Origin: Mantamonas sphyraenae STR306
Taxonomy: Eukaryota > Protista > CRuMs
Assembly (NCBI GenBank): GCA_026936335.1
Contig: JAPMXV010000074.1
Location: forward strand, 158,408-222,407
Length of the DNA stretch: 64,000 nt
Direction of reading: 5' to 3'
The notes under the pieces are model-generated. The model was not told where the DNA came from. It did not search any database and saw nothing but the letters and a program-made list of their open reading frames with translations. The position numbers and the translations under genes are program-made. Below are positions 1 to 10,658 of this stretch, piece by piece (the stretch's first letter is position 1; every line of letters starts with the position of its first letter).

Positions 1-3000
1 TTTCCATGACTTGCCCAGCCGCCGTTCCATGCTTCCGACACGCTCCTCCATGTCTTTCATCCTCGTTTGCAGTTCCATCAGTGCATCGTTGTCATCCAGC
101 ACACGTCCATACAGCAGCGCTTGTGTATGCAGGTTGACTTTGTGCACCCTGCATGACCCGCACTTCTCCTTCTTCACCTCTGCCAACTCATGCACATCCA
201 CACGCAGCCCATGCATCCCCCAGTCCATCCGCAACACCTCATCCACCTCTCCACTTGCCAAACACCGGTGACAGAGCGGATAGCACCTCAGTCCACTGCC
301 CAGTCCATCACACAGCCCACTCTCCTCGGCCACACTCCGCACAAGGGCCTCCACTTTGCCCATCGTCTCCACCGCATCAGCCCATCCATCACTCGCCACC
401 ACAACGTCCACATACCGTGTGTGTGGCTCATGCACAGCCACAATGTGCGGTGCATCCCTGGGCCACACGTGCATCCAGTTCACATGCACCTGCTCTGGCT
501 CCTCCACCCCGTCTGGGAATGCCTCAATCAGCCGCACTTGCACCAGATTGAAGAGAGCAGGAGGCAGCATGTGCCACTTCTCTGCCTGCCATGCCTCATC
601 CTGCTCCTGCTCCTGCTCCTCCTCCCCATCATCTCCTTCCCCTCCCTCCACCACCCACACAAACCGCCGTCCAATCCGACACCCGTTCCCTGCCATCCAC
701 TCCCCGGGCAGCTCCATCTCCACCGTCCGCAGAAACGGAAACACAAGTGTGTCTGTTCCCACACGTGCACACATCTCCACCTCACACAGCAGCTCCAGAA
801 GCACATCCGCCACCCCATCCTCACCACCATCTCCTCCTCCTTCCCACAGCTCCCCATGCAGCCTCCCCACCTGCTTCCGCAATCCATCATCCCATTGCAC
901 GAGCCCGTGATGCTTCCCCTCCGCAATCTGCTTCCCTTTGTCCAACCCCTGAACCTCTGCACCACTCACAAACCCACCCATCAGCTTCGCCAGCCACACA
1001 GGGTCCACCACAACCACCCCTGCCCCTCTGTGCCACACCACCTCCTGCATGTGATGCAGTTCTTCCAGCGATGAATGAAAGATCCGCCCGCGCCTGCTCG
1101 GAAAGTGCTCCCGGATCTCCTCATTCCCCTTCACCATCGCCTCTAGTTCCTCCTCACGCATCCACGGCTGCTCCATCCCACCACTCTCCCGCAGTCCTTG
1201 CACGAACCTCTGCAGTTCCACCGTCCCGCGTGGCACCATCCTGTCCTCTGCCAGTGCCACACTCGCTTCCTCCAGACTGCCCAACAGCCCATCCACGTTG
1301 CCCTTCCACACATCCCCATCCACAACAAACACTCCCTTCTCCCTGTCCATCCGCAGCTGCTCGTACCTCTTGCTCTCCTTCCACCCTTCCACCCACCCTT
1401 GCACCATCCCACGTGCATCCTCCCGATCCATCCTCTCCCCCACCTTCACCTTCTCTCCCAGATCTGCATGCGTCAGCACAAACCACATCTGCGGTTTCTT
1501 CTTCCCTGCCACCTTGGATGCCACCTTGCTCGCCACCATGTCCAGCCACACCTCCAGCTCCCCACGCGCCGCCTCCATGTCCAACCTGTGCCCACCTGCC
1601 ACTGCATCCCACGCCACCATCGATGCCACCAGCACAAACACCCCGCCCTGGCCCATCAACAGGTACTGGTGGCCCACCCAGTACTCTGCCTGTCCGCCAT
1701 AGTCACTAATACGCACACGCACATCCCCATCCCTCAGATCAAACTCATACACATCCATGCTGTGTGTCGCATCCGTCGTCCTCTCCTCCTTGTCCAGTTT
1801 CTGCTTCCGTCTCCTCCGTCTGAAAACCACTCGCCTCCTCTCCTTCCACGAGCTATTCCGCTTCATCGTGTCAATCAACGTCGTCTTGCCCTGTCCACCA
1901 TGTCCCAGCACCATCCAGTTGACCCATTCCCATGCCGTGTCCATCCGTCGCAGATACTCTACCACCGCCTTCCCTCCCTTCTTCACCACAAACCCAGGCA
2001 CATCATCCAACGCCTCGTCATGCTCCAGTCGGAGCCACTGAAGCTCTTTCAAGCTGGCCATTGTCTGCCTGGGCAACACGCTAATGCCTGATCTGCGCAG
2101 ATCCAGGACACGCAGCTCCACGCACAGGCCAATCTCCTCAGGCAGTTCTGTCACACCACTGTCACTCCCAGCAACCAGACACAGCGCCTGAGCTTGGATG
2201 CAACGATCAGAGGAAAGCTCAGCAGCCAACTGCTGCGATGTGGAGAATGACACAAGGCCATCCCGCTCAGCCCAGGCACCCAGCATGGCCAGATGTGTCG
2301 ACGAGTGCCTGCTTGCTGCGATGTCGAGTGGGGATTCTCCATTCATGTTTCTGACAGTGGCATCTGCACCACGAGCGATGAGAAGCGTCGCCGTCTCTGT
2401 GTGTCCGCTGTGTGCTGCTAGGTGCAACGGTGTCCGTCCGTCCCCATCCGTCTTGTCCACCTCTGCTCCCTTGTCCAGCAGAGATGCCGCCGTCTCAGTG
2501 TGCCCGTTTGATACTGCAATGTACAACGGGGTCCATCCGACCCCATCCGTCTTGTTCACCTCAGCTCCCCTGTCCAGCAGCATCGTCGAAGTCTCTGTGT
2601 ACCCGTTCTGTGCTGCTCTGTGCAACGGTGTCCGTCCATCCCCATCCGTCTTGTCCACCTCTGCTCCCCTTTCCAGCAGCATTGACGCCGTCTCTGTGCG
2701 CCCGTTCTGTGCTGCTTTGTGCAACGGTGTCCGTCCGTACACATCCGTCTTGTCCTCTGCTCCCCTTTCCAGCAGCATTGACGCCGTCTCTGTGTGTCCG
2801 TTGTGTGCTGCAATGTGCAACGGTGTCCGTCCGTACACATCCGTCTTGTCCACCTCTGCTCCACTGTCCAGCAGCATTGTAACTATCCCCAGGGGACCCT
2901 TGAATACTGCAAAGTGCAAAGGTGTCGACCCGTCCCTCTCCGTCTTGTCCACCTCTGCTCCCCTGTCCAGCAGCAGCTTCGCCGCGTTGGTTTTCCCCTC

Positions 3001-3132
3001 CCACACCGCGTGGTGCAACGCTGTCCACCGATCCTCATCCTGTTCGTTCACATCTGCACCCCCATCAATCAAATTCTCCATTGCACTCATATCCTCCCTC
3101 CTCACTGCTCTCATCAGCTCTGTGTCCCTCAT
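1..3132 (-). CDS. Roco protein copy A: ankyrin repeats (7 full + caps), short LRR, Roc GTPase, COR; 3' end lies beyond the window start
   Basis: ATG at 3132 (MRDTELMRAV...). The frame stays open to base 1, so it is missing from the ORF track (no stop in the window). P-loop LGHGGQGKTT near 1880-1910. Colinear with 5780-9682. Confidence 0.9.
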   Translation of the reverse strand, partial: MRDTELMRAVRREDMSAMENLIDGGADVNEQDEDRWTALHHAVWEGKTNAAKLLLDRGAEVDKTERDGSTPLHFAVFKGPLGIVTMLLDSGAEVDKTDVYGRTPLHIAAHNGHTETASMLLERGAEDKTDVYGRTPLHKAAQNGRTETASMLLERGAEVDKTDGDGRTPLHRAAQNGYTETSTMLLDRGAEVNKTDGVGWTPLYIAVSNGHTETAASLLDKGAEVDKTDGDGRTPLHLAAHSGHTETATLLIARGADATVRNMNGESPLDIAASRHSSTHLAMLGAWAERDGLVSFSTSQQLAAELSSDRCIQAQALCLVAGSDSGVTELPEEIGLCVELRVLDLRRSGISVLPRQTMASLKELQWLRLEHDEALDDVPGFVVKKGGKAVVEYLRRMDTAWEWVNWMVLGHGGQGKTTLIDTMKRNSSWKERRRVVFRRRRRKQKLDKEERTTDATHSMDVYEFDLRDGDVRVRISDYGGQAEYWVGHQYLLMGQGGVFVLVASMVAWDAVAGGHRLDMEAARGELEVWLDMVASKVASKVAGKKKPQMWFVLTHADLGEKVKVGERMDREDARGMVQGWVEGWKESKRYEQLRMDREKGVFVVDGDVWKGNVDGLLGSLEEASVALAEDRMVPRGTVELQRFVQGLRESGGMEQPWMREEELEAMVKGNEEIREHFPSRRGRIFHSSLEELHHMQEVVWHRGAGVVVVDPVWLAKLMGGFVSGAEVQGLDKGKQIAEGKHHGLVQWDDGLRKQVGRLHGELWEGGGDGGEDGVADVLLELLCEVEMCARVGTDTLVFPFLRTVEMELPGEWMAGNGCRIGRRFVWVVEGGEGDDGEEEQEQEQDEAWQAEKWHMLPPALFNLVQVRLIEAFPDGVEEPEQVHVNWMHVWPRDAPHIVAVHEPHTRYVDVVVASDGWADAVETMGKVEALVRSVAEESGLCDGLGSGLRCYPLCHRCLASGEVDEVLRMDWGMHGLRVDVHELAEVKKEKCGSCRVHKVNLHTQALLYGRVLDDNDALMELQTRMKDMEERVGSMERRLGKSWK
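2325..3132 (-). repeat. 99-bp ankyrin-coding tandem repeat array, copy A
   Basis: Recurring cttgtccacctctgctcccct(g/t)tccagcagcat...gtctctgtgt...caacggtgtcc unit, encoding G(R/W)TPLHxAAxxGHTETAxMLLxRGAEVDK. Confidence 0.9.
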
Positions 3133-4115
3133 TCTTTCTCGCTTGCTGCCCCCGACGTCAGCAGTCCAATTTCTCTCCCCAACGCCCACACTCACACTCA
3201 CCCTCTCCTCCCCACCATCACATTGCACATTCTTCCCACTCACCTTCCACAATCCAATTGCCCCTCCCTGCGCACCTTGCATCCATTCCCCTCCTCTCTG
3301 TTCCTCCGTCTCCTCCCACTCCCAATCACCCCATTGCCACCCAAACCCCACCAGCCCCTTCCCTCTTTCGTTGTTCACTCCTTCCCGTTCTGCTTCTCCT
3401 ACCCCGGCCGTGTCTCCATTTCAAGCTACACCCACCCAGCAACTGCCAGCATCCCCCTCACAGCCTTCCTGACTGACATTGGATTCCCACACACTAAACC
3501 ACGCTATTTCATCTTGAAAAACCCTTCATCCACCCCTGCGGATGTCACGAGTCAACGGCGAAGTGTGTTTCGATCTGCTCCGATCTGGCAATGTTGATCA
3601 ACATCCCACCCAACCTCATCTGCCTCATGACCTGCCCCAACGTGCTTCCACTGCCATCATAATCACCCAGTGTGTCCACCTCGCCGGACAAGCACACAAA
3701 CGGAAGCAGCAGTGAACATGGAGCAGCACCTGCCACTGCCTCGATCCCAAACAGCTCCACCATGCACTTGCTGCACATTCAGTTGAGAGCCACAATCTCA
3801 CCTTTGCACACAATCCTCACATCACACCGTACCACTGCCCCAGCCGTCCCTCACATGTCAGCACACACGATCCCTCTTCCCACCCTCACCCCCACACCCA
3901 CCCCACCCATCTCCCCCATCCCCCCACCCAACCCCCCCAATCAACTCCATGCCAAACCAACACACTCTCCACACCTCAAGCGCGTGGATCAATCTCAAAC
4001 TACGGCAGAAAGTGGGGGGCAATCTTTGTTCTTGCTCTCTCCCTCGGTCTCTCTCTCTCTGCCCACACTGGATACAAGCAGCAGCAGCAGCTTCACAGCT
4101 TCACAGCTGTTCCAC

Positions 4116-4601
4116 TTACTCCTCCCACTCATCAACAGAGTCCTCCTCCTCCTCATCGGAGCTGGAGCCCTCAGAGTAGTCATCCACATCCTCAATGTCC
4201 GACTGCAGCAGACGCGGGCTGAACACAGCTGCCGTGGCCACGGGCATACCGCCACCGTACTGAGTGCGGAACGTACCGTCGGCCTTCTGGTGCGGCCACA
4301 CGCCAGCCTTCTCCATTGTGTAGCGCACGTTGCGGAACTTCTCGCGGAAGTTGTAGTACGCCTGGCCCACCTTGGTCTGCGAGAACTTCTTGCCAAACTC
4401 AGCACCCAGCTTCTGGCGCAGCGCCGTCTTGGCCTTGTCACCGTACTTCATCACCTGCTTCTTCAGGAAGTCGCGGGCGTCAAAGTTCTCCTTGGCCACA
4501 ATCTTGTTGACCGAGTTCATCACCTCACCGTACTTCTGCGAGATCATCTGGAAGGTCTTGCTCTTGGACAGCGACTCACGGATGCGGCCCAGCACACCGT
4601 T
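4116..4601 (-). pseudogene. 5'-truncated duplicate of the last exon of the secreted cationic protein gene (10659-12239)
   Basis: Translates NGVLGRIRESLSK...DEWEE*, near-identical to 10659-11144. It lacks the signal peptide and the upstream exons. Confidence 0.8.
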
Positions 4602-4650
4602 GGTCACACAGTCGACGGTGGTGGACCTGAGGGCATTCTGTGGGCTTTTG

Positions 4651-5130
4651 TCACCCCTTGAGGAGGGTCAAACGGGCAGTGACCCACACGTTGCTGTCCA
4701 TGGTGAGATCCTTCTGATTGTGTGGTACGCCACCAAACATGTACAGCGAGTCCTTGGCCAGGGCCATGGCGTGGCCGTCGCGTGAACCAGGCTGAAGCAA
4801 CGAGTGCGACGGCAGCTGTTGCACATCCACCACCAGCGGGTCGGTGCTCGACGACGACACACTTCCACTGCTGCTTCCTCTGCTGGTGCTGGTGGTGGTG
4901 CTGTGGAAGCGTCGGAATGTCGACGGTGACGACGGTGACGACGGTTGGAGGCGAAAGGAAGAGGCACGGGCTGACGAGGGCGAGCCCAGGCCAGGCGAAC
5001 GGTAGGAAGAGGCACGTGGGGAGGCAGGCGAGGCTGAACGTGAGCTTGGTGATCGGCGTATACTGGGACTGGAGGGTGTGGATGACGATGATGATGCCAG
5101 CCACGACCAGTTGGAGGACGACGATGACAT
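4651..5130 (-). pseudogene. Fragment of a kelch-repeat gene (Ser-rich N-terminus plus one kelch blade)
   Basis: MSSSSSNWSW...PGSRDGHAMALAKDSLYMFGG is a typical kelch blade. The ORF stops after one blade, next to the duplication breakpoint. Confidence 0.5.
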
Positions 5131-5473
5131 CCTCGCTGGGTTTTGGTTGGCAGCGCGGGTGGTGTGCCTGTTGTGGGCGGCAGTGCACAATGGTGTCCAC
5201 TGCCTTGCTTGGTTGTGTCCACGTGTGTGTGTGTGTGTGTGACTGTGTGCAGCAGCATCGACAGTGAGTCTGTGTGGCCATGGAGTGTGCTCCTGTCCGG
5301 AGGAGTGATGGGGTGTTGGTGTGTGACACCATTACACAATGCAGCAATCAACCGGCATGTGGCTTTGTTGTTGGGTGTTCGCCCTGTCCACTCCTCTGTC
5401 CAATGGTCCAGCAGCATCGTAGCCCAACTTATCTTCATTCTCCCATCCCTGCACACACATCCTCCAACACTCT

Positions 5474-8400
5474 TCACACCCCTTCATCATCTTCATCTTC
5501 ATCCTCCTCCTCTGCCACTTCTCCGGATTCCTCCGTCCCTGCTCTCTCCCCTCGCAGCTCTTCCAGATGCAGCTGCAGATCCACAACCACCACACGCAGT
5601 TCTTCCAACTCCTTGCCAGATGACGACGATGACCCCATCCCGTCCATCTCCTCCAGCGTCTGTGCCACCATCGATCGCACTGCGTCCATGTCTGCTGTGC
5701 CCCCGGCCCTGTGCTTCACCTGCAGCTCTGTCACCCAGCCAAGCAGCTGTGGATACTGCTTTGCCACTTTCTTGATCGCTTTCCATGACTTGCCCAGCCG
5801 CCGTTCCATGCTCCCAACACGCTCCTCCATGTCTTTCATCCTTGTTTGCAGTTCCATCAGTGCATCTTTGTCATCCAACACACGTCCATACAGCAGCGCC
5901 TGTGTATGCAGGTTGACTTTGTGCACCCTGCATGAACCACACTTCTCTTTCTCCACCTCTGCCAACTCCTGCACATCCACACGCAGCCCGTGCATCCCCC
6001 AGTCCATCCGCAGCACCTCATCCACCTCTCCACTTGCCAAACACCGGTGACAGAGCGGATAGCACCTCAGTCCACTGCCCAGTCCATCACACAGCCCACT
6101 CTCCTCGGCCACACTCCGCACAAGGGCCTCCAATTTGCCCATCGTCTCCACCACATCCGCCCATCCAGCACTCGCCACCACAACGTCCACATACCGTGTG
6201 TGTGGCTCATGCACAGCCACAATGTGCGGTGCATCCACAGGCCACACGTGCATCCAGTTCACATGCACCTGCTCGGGCTCCTCCACCCCGTCTGGGAATG
6301 CTTCAATCAGTCGCACCTGCACCAGATTGAAGAGAGCAGGAGGCAGCATGTGCCACTTCTCTGCCTGCCATGCCTCGTCCTGCTCCTCCTGCTCCTCATT
6401 CCCTTCCTGATCAGTCACCACCCACACAAACCGCCGTCCAATCCGACACCCGTTCTCTGCCATCCACTCCCCGGGCAGTTCCATCTTCACCGTCCGCAGA
6501 AATGGAAACACAAGCGTATCTGTCCCCACACGTGCACACATCTCCACCTCACACAGCAGCTCCAGCAGCACATCCGCCACCCCATCCTCACTCGTACATC
6601 CCCACAGCCCCCCATGCAACCTCCCCACCTGCTTCCTCAATCCATCATCCCACTGCACCAGCCCATGGTGTTTCCCCTCCCCAATCTGCTTCCCTTTGTT
6701 CAGCCCTTGCACATGTTCTCCGCTCACAAACCCTCCCATCAGCTTCGCCAGCCACACAGGATCAAGTACAACCACCCCTGCTCCCCTGTGCCACACCACC
6801 TCTTGCATGTGGTGCAGTTCCTCCAGCGATGAATGAAAGATCCGCCCTGAACTGCTCGGAAAGTGCTCTTTCGTCACCCAATACCTCTTGACCAGTTGCA
6901 TCAGCCTCTCATCCCGAATCCAAGGTTTGGCAAGCATGCTACTCTCCCGCAGTCCCTGCACATACTTCTGCAGCTCCACCGTCCCGCGTGGCACCATCCT
7001 CTCCTCTGCCAGTGCCACACTCGCATCCTCCAAACTGCCCAACAACCCATCCACGTTGTCCTTCCACACATCCCCATCTACCACAAACACTCCCTTCTCT
7101 GCATCCATCCGCAGCTGCTCGTACCTCTTGCTCTCCTTCCACCCTTCCACCCACCCTTTCAACATCCCACATGCATCCTCCCGATCCATCCTCTCCCCCA
7201 CCTTCACCTTCTCTCCCAGATCTGCATGTGTCACCACAAACCACATCTGCGGCTTCTTCTTCCCTGCCACCTTGGGTGCCACCTTGCTCGCCACCATGTC
7301 CAGCCACACCTCCAGCTCCCCACGTGCTGCCTCCATGTCCACCCTGTGTCCACCTTCCACTGCATCCCACGCCACCATCGATGCCACCAGCACAAACACC
7401 CCGCCCTGGCCCATCAACAGGTACTGGTGGCCCACCCAGTACTCTGCCTGTCCACCATAGTCACTGATACGCACACGCACATCTCCACCCTTCAGATCAA
7501 ACTCATACACATCCATGCTGTGTGTCGCATCCGTCGTCCTCTCCTCCTTGTCCAGCTTGAGTTTGGCTGTGCGCCACCTGAAGAACACCTTGCCCCACTC
7601 TTCCCACGAGCTATTCCGCTTCATCGTGTCAATCAGTGTCGTTTTGCCCTGTCCACCATGTCCCAGCACCATCCAGTTCACCCACTCCCACGCAGTATCC
7701 ATCCGTGCCAGATATTCCACCACCGCCTTCCCTCCTTTCTTCACCACAAACCCAGGCACATCATCCAACGCCTCATCATGCTCCAGCAACAAGTGCTCCA
7801 ACTTCCCGAGATTCTCCATTGCCTGCCTGGGCAACACGCTGATGCCCGATCTGCGCAGATCCAGGACACGCAGCTCCACACACATGCCAATCTCTTCAGG
7901 AAGCTCTGACACATCGCTTTCACTCTCAGCAACCAAACACAGCGCCTGAGGTTGGATACAACGAGCAGACGACAGCTCAGCAGCCAACTGCTGCGATGTG
8001 GAGAACGACACAAGGCCATCGCGCTCAGCCCAGGCACCCAGCATGGCCAAATGTGTCGACGGGTGCCTGGTTGCTGCGATGTTGAGTGCAGACCCTCCAA
8101 ACGGGGTTGTGACAGTGACATCTGCACCACGAGCGATGAGAAGCGTCACCGTCTCTGTCTGTCCGTTCGCTACCGCAATGTGCAACGGTGTCCGTCCGTT
8201 CTCATCCGCCTTGTCCACCTGTGCTCCCCTGTCCAGCAGCATCGTCGCAGTCTCTGTGTACCCTTTCTCTGCTGCAACGTACAAAGGTGTCCGTCCGTTC
8301 TCATCCGCCTTGTCCACCTGTGCTCCCCTGTCCAGCAGCATCATCACCATCTCTGTGTTTCCTTTCTTTGCTGCTGTGTACAACGGTGTCCACCCAATGC

Positions 8401-9682
8401 TGTCCGCCTTGTCCACCTCTGCTCCCCTGTCCAGCAGCATCGTCGCCGTCTCTGTGTACCCTTTCTCTGCTGCAACGTACAACGGTGTCCATCCCTTCCC
8501 CCACGCCTTGTCCACCTCTGCTCCCCCGTCCAGCAGCATCGTCGCCGTCTCTGTGTACCCTTTCTCTGCTGCTTTGTACAACGGTGTCCACGTCCCCCCC
8601 ACCTTTTTCACCTGTGCTCCCCTGTCCAGCAGCATCATCACCGTCTTTGTGTGCCCGTGCTCTGCTGCAATGTACAAAGGTGTCCGTCCGAAATCATCCC
8701 TCTTGTCCACCTCTGCTCCCCTGTCCAGCAGCATCGTCGCCGTCTCGGTGTGCCCGTGCTGTGCTGCTTTGTACAACGGTGTCCACCCGTTCATATTCGC
8801 CTTGTCCACATCTGCTCCCCTGTTCAGCAGCATCGTCGCCGTCTCTGTGTGCCCGTTCTCTGCTGCGATGTACAACGGTGTCCTCCCGTTCTCATCAATC
8901 TTGTCCAACGCTGTTCCCCTTTCCAGCAGCACTGTCACCGTCTCTGTGTGCCCCTCCTGTGCTGCCATGTGCAACGGTGTCCTCCCGTCCTTCTCCACCT
9001 CGTCCATCTCTGCTCCCCTGTCCAGCAGCATCATCACAGTCTCTGTGTGTCCGTACCATGCTGCAATGTGCAACGGTGTCCACCCGTCCGTCCCCGCCTT
9101 GTCCACATCTGCACCCCTGTCCAGCAGCATCGCCGCAGTCTCCGTGTGCCCGTTCGATGCTGCACTGAATAGAGGTGTCCGTCCGTCCCTATCCATCTTG
9201 TCCACCTCTGCTCCCCTGTTCAGCAGCATCGTCGCCGTCTCTGTGTGCCCTTCCTGAGCTGCAATGTGTAACGGTATGGCTCCGTACTTCGTCGGCATGT
9301 CCACTTCTGCTCCCCTGTCCAGCAGCATCATCACCGACTCTGTGTGCCCGTTCTGTGCTGCCATGTACAACGGTGTCCTCCCGCTCCTCTCCGCCTTGTC
9401 CAACGCTGTTCCTCTTTCCAGCAGCATCGTCACTATCCCCGTGTGACCCTTCAATGCTGCAAAGTGCAACGGTGTCCTCCCGTTCCTCTCCGTCTTGTCC
9501 ACCTCTGTTCCCCTGTCCAGCAGCAACTTTGCCGCGTTTGTTTTCCCCTCCCACCCCGCGTGGTGCAACGCTGTCCACCCATCCTCATCCTGTTCGTTCA
9601 CATCTGCACCCCCATCAATCAACTCCTCCATTACACGATTATCACCCCACCTCACTGCTTTCATCAGCTCTGCGTCGCTCAT
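5474..9682 (-). CDS. Roco protein copy B: ankyrin repeats (15 full + caps), short LRR, Roc GTPase, COR, Cys motifs, coiled coil; no kinase domain
   Basis: First ATG at 9682 (MSDAELMKAV). LRR-like ELPEEIGMCVELRVLDLRRSGISVLP. G1 GHGGQGKTT, G3 DYGGQAEY, G4 VTHAD. COR-like VVVLDPVWL and LPPALFNLVQVRL. CHRC...CGSC motifs and an acidic tail. Confidence 0.92.
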   Translation of the reverse strand: MSDAELMKAVRWGDNRVMEELIDGGADVNEQDEDGWTALHHAGWEGKTNAAKLLLDRGTEVDKTERNGRTPLHFAALKGHTGIVTMLLERGTALDKAERSGRTPLYMAAQNGHTESVMMLLDRGAEVDMPTKYGAIPLHIAAQEGHTETATMLLNRGAEVDKMDRDGRTPLFSAASNGHTETAAMLLDRGADVDKAGTDGWTPLHIAAWYGHTETVMMLLDRGAEMDEVEKDGRTPLHMAAQEGHTETVTVLLERGTALDKIDENGRTPLYIAAENGHTETATMLLNRGADVDKANMNGWTPLYKAAQHGHTETATMLLDRGAEVDKRDDFGRTPLYIAAEHGHTKTVMMLLDRGAQVKKVGGTWTPLYKAAEKGYTETATMLLDGGAEVDKAWGKGWTPLYVAAEKGYTETATMLLDRGAEVDKADSIGWTPLYTAAKKGNTEMVMMLLDRGAQVDKADENGRTPLYVAAEKGYTETATMLLDRGAQVDKADENGRTPLHIAVANGQTETVTLLIARGADVTVTTPFGGSALNIAATRHPSTHLAMLGAWAERDGLVSFSTSQQLAAELSSARCIQPQALCLVAESESDVSELPEEIGMCVELRVLDLRRSGISVLPRQAMENLGKLEHLLLEHDEALDDVPGFVVKKGGKAVVEYLARMDTAWEWVNWMVLGHGGQGKTTLIDTMKRNSSWEEWGKVFFRWRTAKLKLDKEERTTDATHSMDVYEFDLKGGDVRVRISDYGGQAEYWVGHQYLLMGQGGVFVLVASMVAWDAVEGGHRVDMEAARGELEVWLDMVASKVAPKVAGKKKPQMWFVVTHADLGEKVKVGERMDREDACGMLKGWVEGWKESKRYEQLRMDAEKGVFVVDGDVWKDNVDGLLGSLEDASVALAEERMVPRGTVELQKYVQGLRESSMLAKPWIRDERLMQLVKRYWVTKEHFPSSSGRIFHSSLEELHHMQEVVWHRGAGVVVLDPVWLAKLMGGFVSGEHVQGLNKGKQIGEGKHHGLVQWDDGLRKQVGRLHGGLWGCTSEDGVADVLLELLCEVEMCARVGTDTLVFPFLRTVKMELPGEWMAENGCRIGRRFVWVVTDQEGNEEQEEQDEAWQAEKWHMLPPALFNLVQVRLIEAFPDGVEEPEQVHVNWMHVWPVDAPHIVAVHEPHTRYVDVVVASAGWADVVETMGKLEALVRSVAEESGLCDGLGSGLRCYPLCHRCLASGEVDEVLRMDWGMHGLRVDVQELAEVEKEKCGSCRVHKVNLHTQALLYGRVLDDKDALMELQTRMKDMEERVGSMERRLGKSWKAIKKVAKQYPQLLGWVTELQVKHRAGGTADMDAVRSMVAQTLEEMDGMGSSSSSGKELEELRVVVVDLQLHLEELRGERAGTEESGEVAEEEDEDEDDEGV
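8085..9682 (-). repeat. 99-bp ankyrin-coding tandem repeat array, copy B
   Basis: 15 full ~33-aa units with a nucleotide-level conserved scaffold. Confidence 0.92.
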
Positions 9683-10658
9683 CCTCCAGTTCTGCCCCAC
9701 ACGTCAGCCCCTCCAATCTCCCTCCCCAACGCCCACTCTCACACCCTCTCCCCCTCACCAACACATTCCACATTCTTCCCACTCACCTTCCACAATCCAA
9801 TTGTCCCTCCCTGCGCACCTTGCATCCATTCCCCTCCTCTCTGCTCCTCCGTTGCCTCCCACTCCCAATCACCCCATTGCCATCCAACCCCCACCCACCA
9901 GCCCCTTCCTTCTCTCATTCTTCACTCCTTCCCATTCTGCTTCCCCTACCCCCGCCGTGTCTCCATCGCAACAGCCACCCGCACCGGCAACTGCCAGCAT
10001 CCCTCACAGCCTTCGTCATTGACATCGGGCACCCACGCAAGAAACCAAGCAATAACGTCTTGCAACACGCTTCATCCACCCCTGGCGATGTCACGTGTCA
10101 ACGGCGACGTGTTTCGATCTGCTCAGAGCTGGCAATGTTGATCAACATTTCCAAACACCCCCATCAGCCTCATGACCTGCCACAACGTGCTGCCACTGCC
10201 ATCATACTCAACCAGTGTGTCCACCTCGCCGGACAAGCACACAAACTGATACAGCAATGCAACGGGGAACAGGGACAGCAGCGGCCACTGCCGCGACCCC
10301 AACACCTCCACCATGCACTTGATGCACATTCAGTCAAGTGCCACAATCTCACCTTTGCACACAATCCTCTCATCACACCGTACCACTGCCCCAGCCGTCC
10401 CTCCCATCTCAGCACACACAATCCCTATTCCCACCCTCACCACCCCACCCATCTCCCCAACCCCCCAACCCCCCCACCATATCAACTCCATGCCAACCCA
10501 ACACACTCTCCACACCTCACGCGCGTGAATCAATCTCAAACCACGGCAGAAAGCAGGGGGCAATCTTTGTTCTTGCTCTCTCCCTCGGTCTCTCTCTCTC
10601 TCTGACCATACTGGATACAAGCAGCAGCAGCAGCTTCACAGCTTCACAGCTGATCCAC

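Noticed and set aside
3545-3813. Small ORFs upstream of both Roco copies (also 10123-10421) with CLSGEVD, echoing the Roco C-terminal CLASGEVD
   Set aside because: The frames and ends are not conserved between the two copies, and the match is too short to support a gene.
2325-9682. CRISPR-like array or diversity-generating retroelement behind the regular repeats
   Set aside because: The units are 99-bp in-frame ankyrin codons with no repeat-spacer structure. No cas or reverse transcriptase gene is in the window.
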